Assembly: GCA_049305715.1 (NCBI GenBank)
Contig: JBAQPK010000604.1
Span: 1 to 52,949 of the forward strand
DNA from: Desulfuromonadaceae bacterium
GTDB taxonomy: Bacteria; Desulfobacterota; Desulfuromonadia; Geobacterales; Pseudopelobacteraceae
Direction: 5' to 3'
DNA length: 52,949 bases
Part shown: piece after piece, positions 51,901 through 52,949 of the stretch
Position numbering within the stretch: the first letter of the stretch is position 1
How the letters are laid out: the number at the start of each line of letters is the position of its first letter
Notes under the pieces: generated by a model
The model's database searches: none
What the model saw: only the letters and a program-made list of their open reading frames with translations
What the model was told of the DNA's origin: nothing
Program-made: the position numbers and the translations under genes

Positions 51901-52949
51901 TTGACCGCACCAGGGCCACGGCGTAAGAATCATGGCCGGCCTCAAGCAGCTTGTCGTAATCCGGTTCAGGCCATGACTTTGAAAGCGGCTCAGCGGCAAT
52001 GTCCACAGCCTGCGCGGTCTTCATCTTGTCTTTGTAGGCGGCGGCGTACTCCTTCTTCGCCCCGGAGATTACTTCCCCAAAATCCTCAATCTTGGCCTTC
52101 GATTCCGGCTTCTTCTCTTCCCCCTTGTCTTTCTGAGAAGTGGGAGATTGGGAAGAAAGGGATTTCTCAACTTCGGCCAAATCAGACCGCCGCAAAATCT
52201 TTGCCGCTTGCTCAAGCGCAACATTGGCGGTGTCGAGATGCTCGGTTGCTTTCACGGTGGGCGTATTGGCGTGGATCAAATTACCGCCCAGCCACACGCT
52301 CCAAGCCATTTTAGTCGCCTTCTCTTTGCTCCCGTGAGGCGGAACGGCCACCAGGACAAACTTCTCAAGGCCGGGAAGTGCATACCCTTTCCCCTTCAAC
52401 TTCTCGCCCAGCAGGGATTCAACTTCAACCGACGACTCAAGAACGGTCGGCCCTGATACTTGTGGGGGATTGGCGCGGAGCGAAGTAACACCCCCGGTAG
52501 TTACGCTTGGCGATGCTTTGTCAGTGGCTCCGGGGGTCGTGACCGCTTTCCCGCTCTGGGTCATGTACTCTTTGAGCGGAGTTCGTTTCCCTTCTACATC
52601 CATTGAGACAAGCGCCCATCTGGCCCCTGCGTTCCAGGCATCAACTCTGGCCTGTCTGGTCTTCAGGGCGTCGTCCGTCACCATGTCGCCCGCAAGGTCG
52701 GGATTCAGCGAGAAAGTCCCGTCATTGTTCCAGGTTTCGATTCCGGCCATTTGCTTGAATAGGCCGACGGCGATAATGTTGTCTGCTGTCTGGGGGGGGT
52801 AATCGTATTTGCCAGGGCCGACAAGGTGCGTCCCTGTTGACTTCTTCCATTTCTTGTTTGCCTTGGCGTGGTCAGTGGTGGCGATAAACTTTCCGCCCTC
52901 ATACCATTCCCCGTTGGCCCCAAACTCACCACCGGCCGCTGCCCTCTTC
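45977..52949 (-). CDS. Giant polyvalent virion protein (2,257 aa from the first ATG; frame open to the window end, at least 2,323 codons)
   Basis: Track ORF 45977..52750; the same frame has no stop up to 52948. HEWWH at 50909..50923 lies in a GFRGVQFGNYVEGG...LGLAFGARGSGG...AHYEP...GSLAHEWWH context. A second HEVTH is at 48989..49003. R-S-E-like (LYRG...GLYST) and H-Y-E-like (WHGS...GHGLYFA...YQVEL) ADP-ribosyltransferase-type motifs. C-terminal TM segment and coiled coil. Confidence 0.85.
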   Translation of the reverse strand, partial: KRAAAGGEFGANGEWYEGGKFIATTDHAKANKKWKKSTGTHLVGPGKYDYPPQTADNIIAVGLFKQMAGIETWNNDGTFSLNPDLAGDMVTDDALKTRQARVDAWNAGARWALVSMDVEGKRTPLKEYMTQSGKAVTTPGATDKASPSVTTGGVTSLRANPPQVSGPTVLESSVEVESLLGEKLKGKGYALPGLEKFVLVAVPPHGSKEKATKMAWSVWLGGNLIHANTPTVKATEHLDTANVALEQAAKILRRSDLAEVEKSLSSQSPTSQKDKGEEKKPESKAKIEDFGEVISGAKKEYAAAYKDKMKTAQAVDIAAEPLSKSWPEPDYDKLLEAGHDSYAVALVRSMRDEIPNKPGKSRHQSWKISTWVDQVKSLRDTADRLLNEPEYLAAWRKKVAEKEHLRLDDAIGGRAELYQLLGHGKTLKGIRIRRGEYSVYGGVSYKPAKVVWTVERDAKATAFSNMPQELGSGDTRQEALDSFAAKYALLDTGKEKQSGTKFEIYSTRQGGDKPYFIGKKVGRNVIRIKEGFAKAMDARLYLAEHNEELTEILEQKKAIPRERYDINQPRVGADMRNAQDVTPEMFSEAFGFRGVQFGNYVEGGRRQKDLNNAFDALMDMAAVLNIPPKALSFNGELGLAFGARGSGGKDAPAAHYEPTQIVINLTKREGAGSLAHEWWHGLSNYFSRLRGEKSKDIADALDVSLAARGSDFFHKGHIRREMVQAFGAVVKAINSTAMRERATSLDSRRTKEYWGTGPEMSARAFERYVIAKLHDQGASNDYLANVVSEEYWEAADALGIGEGGSYPYPTVSELPAIRGGFDEFFATIQTKETDKGTALYSETSPQPTVKPPKKLYRGAAEGTTGTGAYSMGKGLYSTPDKSFAAKYGQVSEVSVEDYWPSRPLVIRNAAGGAPQALTDWLLKESGERNIREFNKKYPDPGEFIASRGYDGVIAGDEVVRYPGVKLSKSNTQPTGNTVFKVKRELSKILSPAALLNKKRLEVVQSLGQLPEHIGKFLKMVAWHGSASRHDKFSTEKIGTGEGAQAYGHGLYFASARNIAEWYQSNLTATDITVDGQKYYLANIRDSVRQLLHGENGDVDQAIAVAKGNVDYWTNKDKSARNATESQKDLDELNDLKSREAVKKNKGALYQVELAPADDEFLLWDRPLSEQSEKVKKALEKLPANVLHDIEVNGEDGSAIYRGIVKGIGQNGNPQILAALQEMATAGEISMWGGAEQKASEYLHSLGIRGIKYLDGTSRGAGEGSFNFVIFSDSDVEIQAIYSKDGSIAGAFSPADGKIWLVSDTIKPGEAPGIYRHEVTHRAMREDRVFSSRYDSLLGEFAALRESDPRVAKAFSRVPGDTPAHLRNEEGLAYFVEQETNRPESMGGKVGMVIRKIIAHIRAWLNTHGFQMKLTTADILAMVEQGIKRDIRRSEATADIRYSKEDSPLFSKQNNKGFGDISDKQAEALKRVGGIATPKTIQEWWAETKDRAGLKLTAGIADQFAAIKEVLGEREYKLARMSKGTEGPLEAMMMFGDLYLDPSGVENVDASGGIVKALQKLNGEQHRFFWWIAANRAEKLTAEERENLFSSQDIAELKQLADGKMPDGSFRSKVYREVLKDYNRASKNVLDIAEQSGVINGDTRGAWESDMYVPFYRAKEDGISGSRGSQGGLTRQYGFKQLKGGTRKLHEDLFANVLMNWMHLLDASAKNRAARAALNKAKEVGIAEFMGETPKGKNNTFYLGRYTKVLPKGTKYTEGGVEKVSDGTTPVEFHGKKYFRVDDPLVYEALEAIEFTGFNSLFFKVAGKFKNMLTMGITANPSFKVRNLIRDSVAALAQNPMSLNPAKAIGNLAGGVNIMRKKDKTYASLLAGRGLIRFGTILDGTSSRHMDKLINAGVKAGTIVDTKEKMADMLTAMADWYNELGDISEGANRASLYNQMIGEGKSHAEAAFASRDMLDFNLHGTAKAVRFLSQVVPFFNARVQGLYKMGRAGKADPARMGAVIGAAALASVLLMLAYKDDEEWKKREDWDRDNYWWFRIGNTAWRIPKPFEVGVMATLAERGAEVMASDEMTGKRFAERLWAAVTQTLAMNPVPQMFKPLVDLYADKDSFTGRDIEGPALERREVTERYRSRTSETAKLASRAGQAVTETVGADFLSPVQVDHLVRGYFGWLGTSAVTATDYLGRFLQDAPVKPKMTLRETFLAGSFVETLPSGSSRYLTEFYDQAKEVQQAYSSMTAKAKEGDLAAARDINKREGGSLKAYNSATTKIQGEISDISSRIREIEREKGERWTAERKRSEIDKLNERRNRLAKRAAGDLQRRQK

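Noticed and set aside
52705-52932. 75-aa minus-strand ORF at the window end
   Set aside because: It is out of frame with the coding-like extension of the giant ORF that covers the same bases, and its translation is low-complexity.
1-52949. Genome-wide stop-codon reassignment (for example TAA or TAG recoded, as in some large phages)
   Set aside because: TAA (portal, 38928 gene), TAG (terL) and TGA (coat, helicase, giant ORF) all end well-supported genes at sensible lengths. Only two or three genes carry internal stops, so any recoding is local.
45977-52949. Giant ORFs as an N4-like virion RNA polymerase, given that their combined size (about 3,460 aa) is similar
   Set aside because: By eye I found no T7-like RNA polymerase motifs (R-x3-K-x7-YG, catalytic Asp motifs). 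The recognisable motifs are zincin HExxH and ART-like instead.
1-52949. Integrated prophage with host flanks or a lysogeny module
   Set aside because: I saw no integrase, repressor/Cro pair, att repeat or host housekeeping gene. Both window ends lie inside phage structural genes.

Overview
The window reads as an essentially complete, probably circularly permuted genome (about 53 kb, roughly 57% GC by eye) of a short-tailed dsDNA phage. No tape measure, tail tube, sheath, integrase, rRNA or CRISPR array is visible. One long minus-strand late block runs TerS, TerL, portal, scaffold, coat, tail adaptor/hub candidates and ejection-type proteins. It crosses the window boundary inside giant ORFs: an ORF of at least 1,134 codons is open at base 1, and a frame of at least 2,323 codons is open at base 52949. 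The second carries two HExxH motifs and two ADP-ribosyltransferase-like motif sets. The block continues through a tail fibre, a pectate-lyase-type tailspike, a BNR/sialidase-like protein and a lysis cassette. Other minus-strand blocks encode replication genes (DUF1376-like, SF2 helicase, zinc-ribbon/Toprim primase) and early genes (PAPS-reductase-like, VRR-NUC, MazG, DUF5131). A plus-strand early operon (27151..36616) carries RecT/YqaJ recombination genes, many tiny Cys-rich ORFs, an HNH-AP2 homing endonuclease and tRNA-Thr(UGU). Four things deserve a second look. (1) A translationally coupled cassette of two radical SAM genes plus a GNAT gene sits inside the ejection-protein module. (2) Two genes with good RBS and ATG are interrupted by an in-frame TAA, and in both the codon before the stop recurs exactly 11 codons downstream, the geometry of translational bypassing. 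(3) Two paralogous structured RNAs show compensatory base changes; each has a 5' segment that pairs into the large loop of a terminator hairpin. (4) A roughly 180-nt tRNA-like RNA has a UUA triplet in its anticodon-like loop. All functional calls rest on motifs, size and gene order read by eye. No database search was run.
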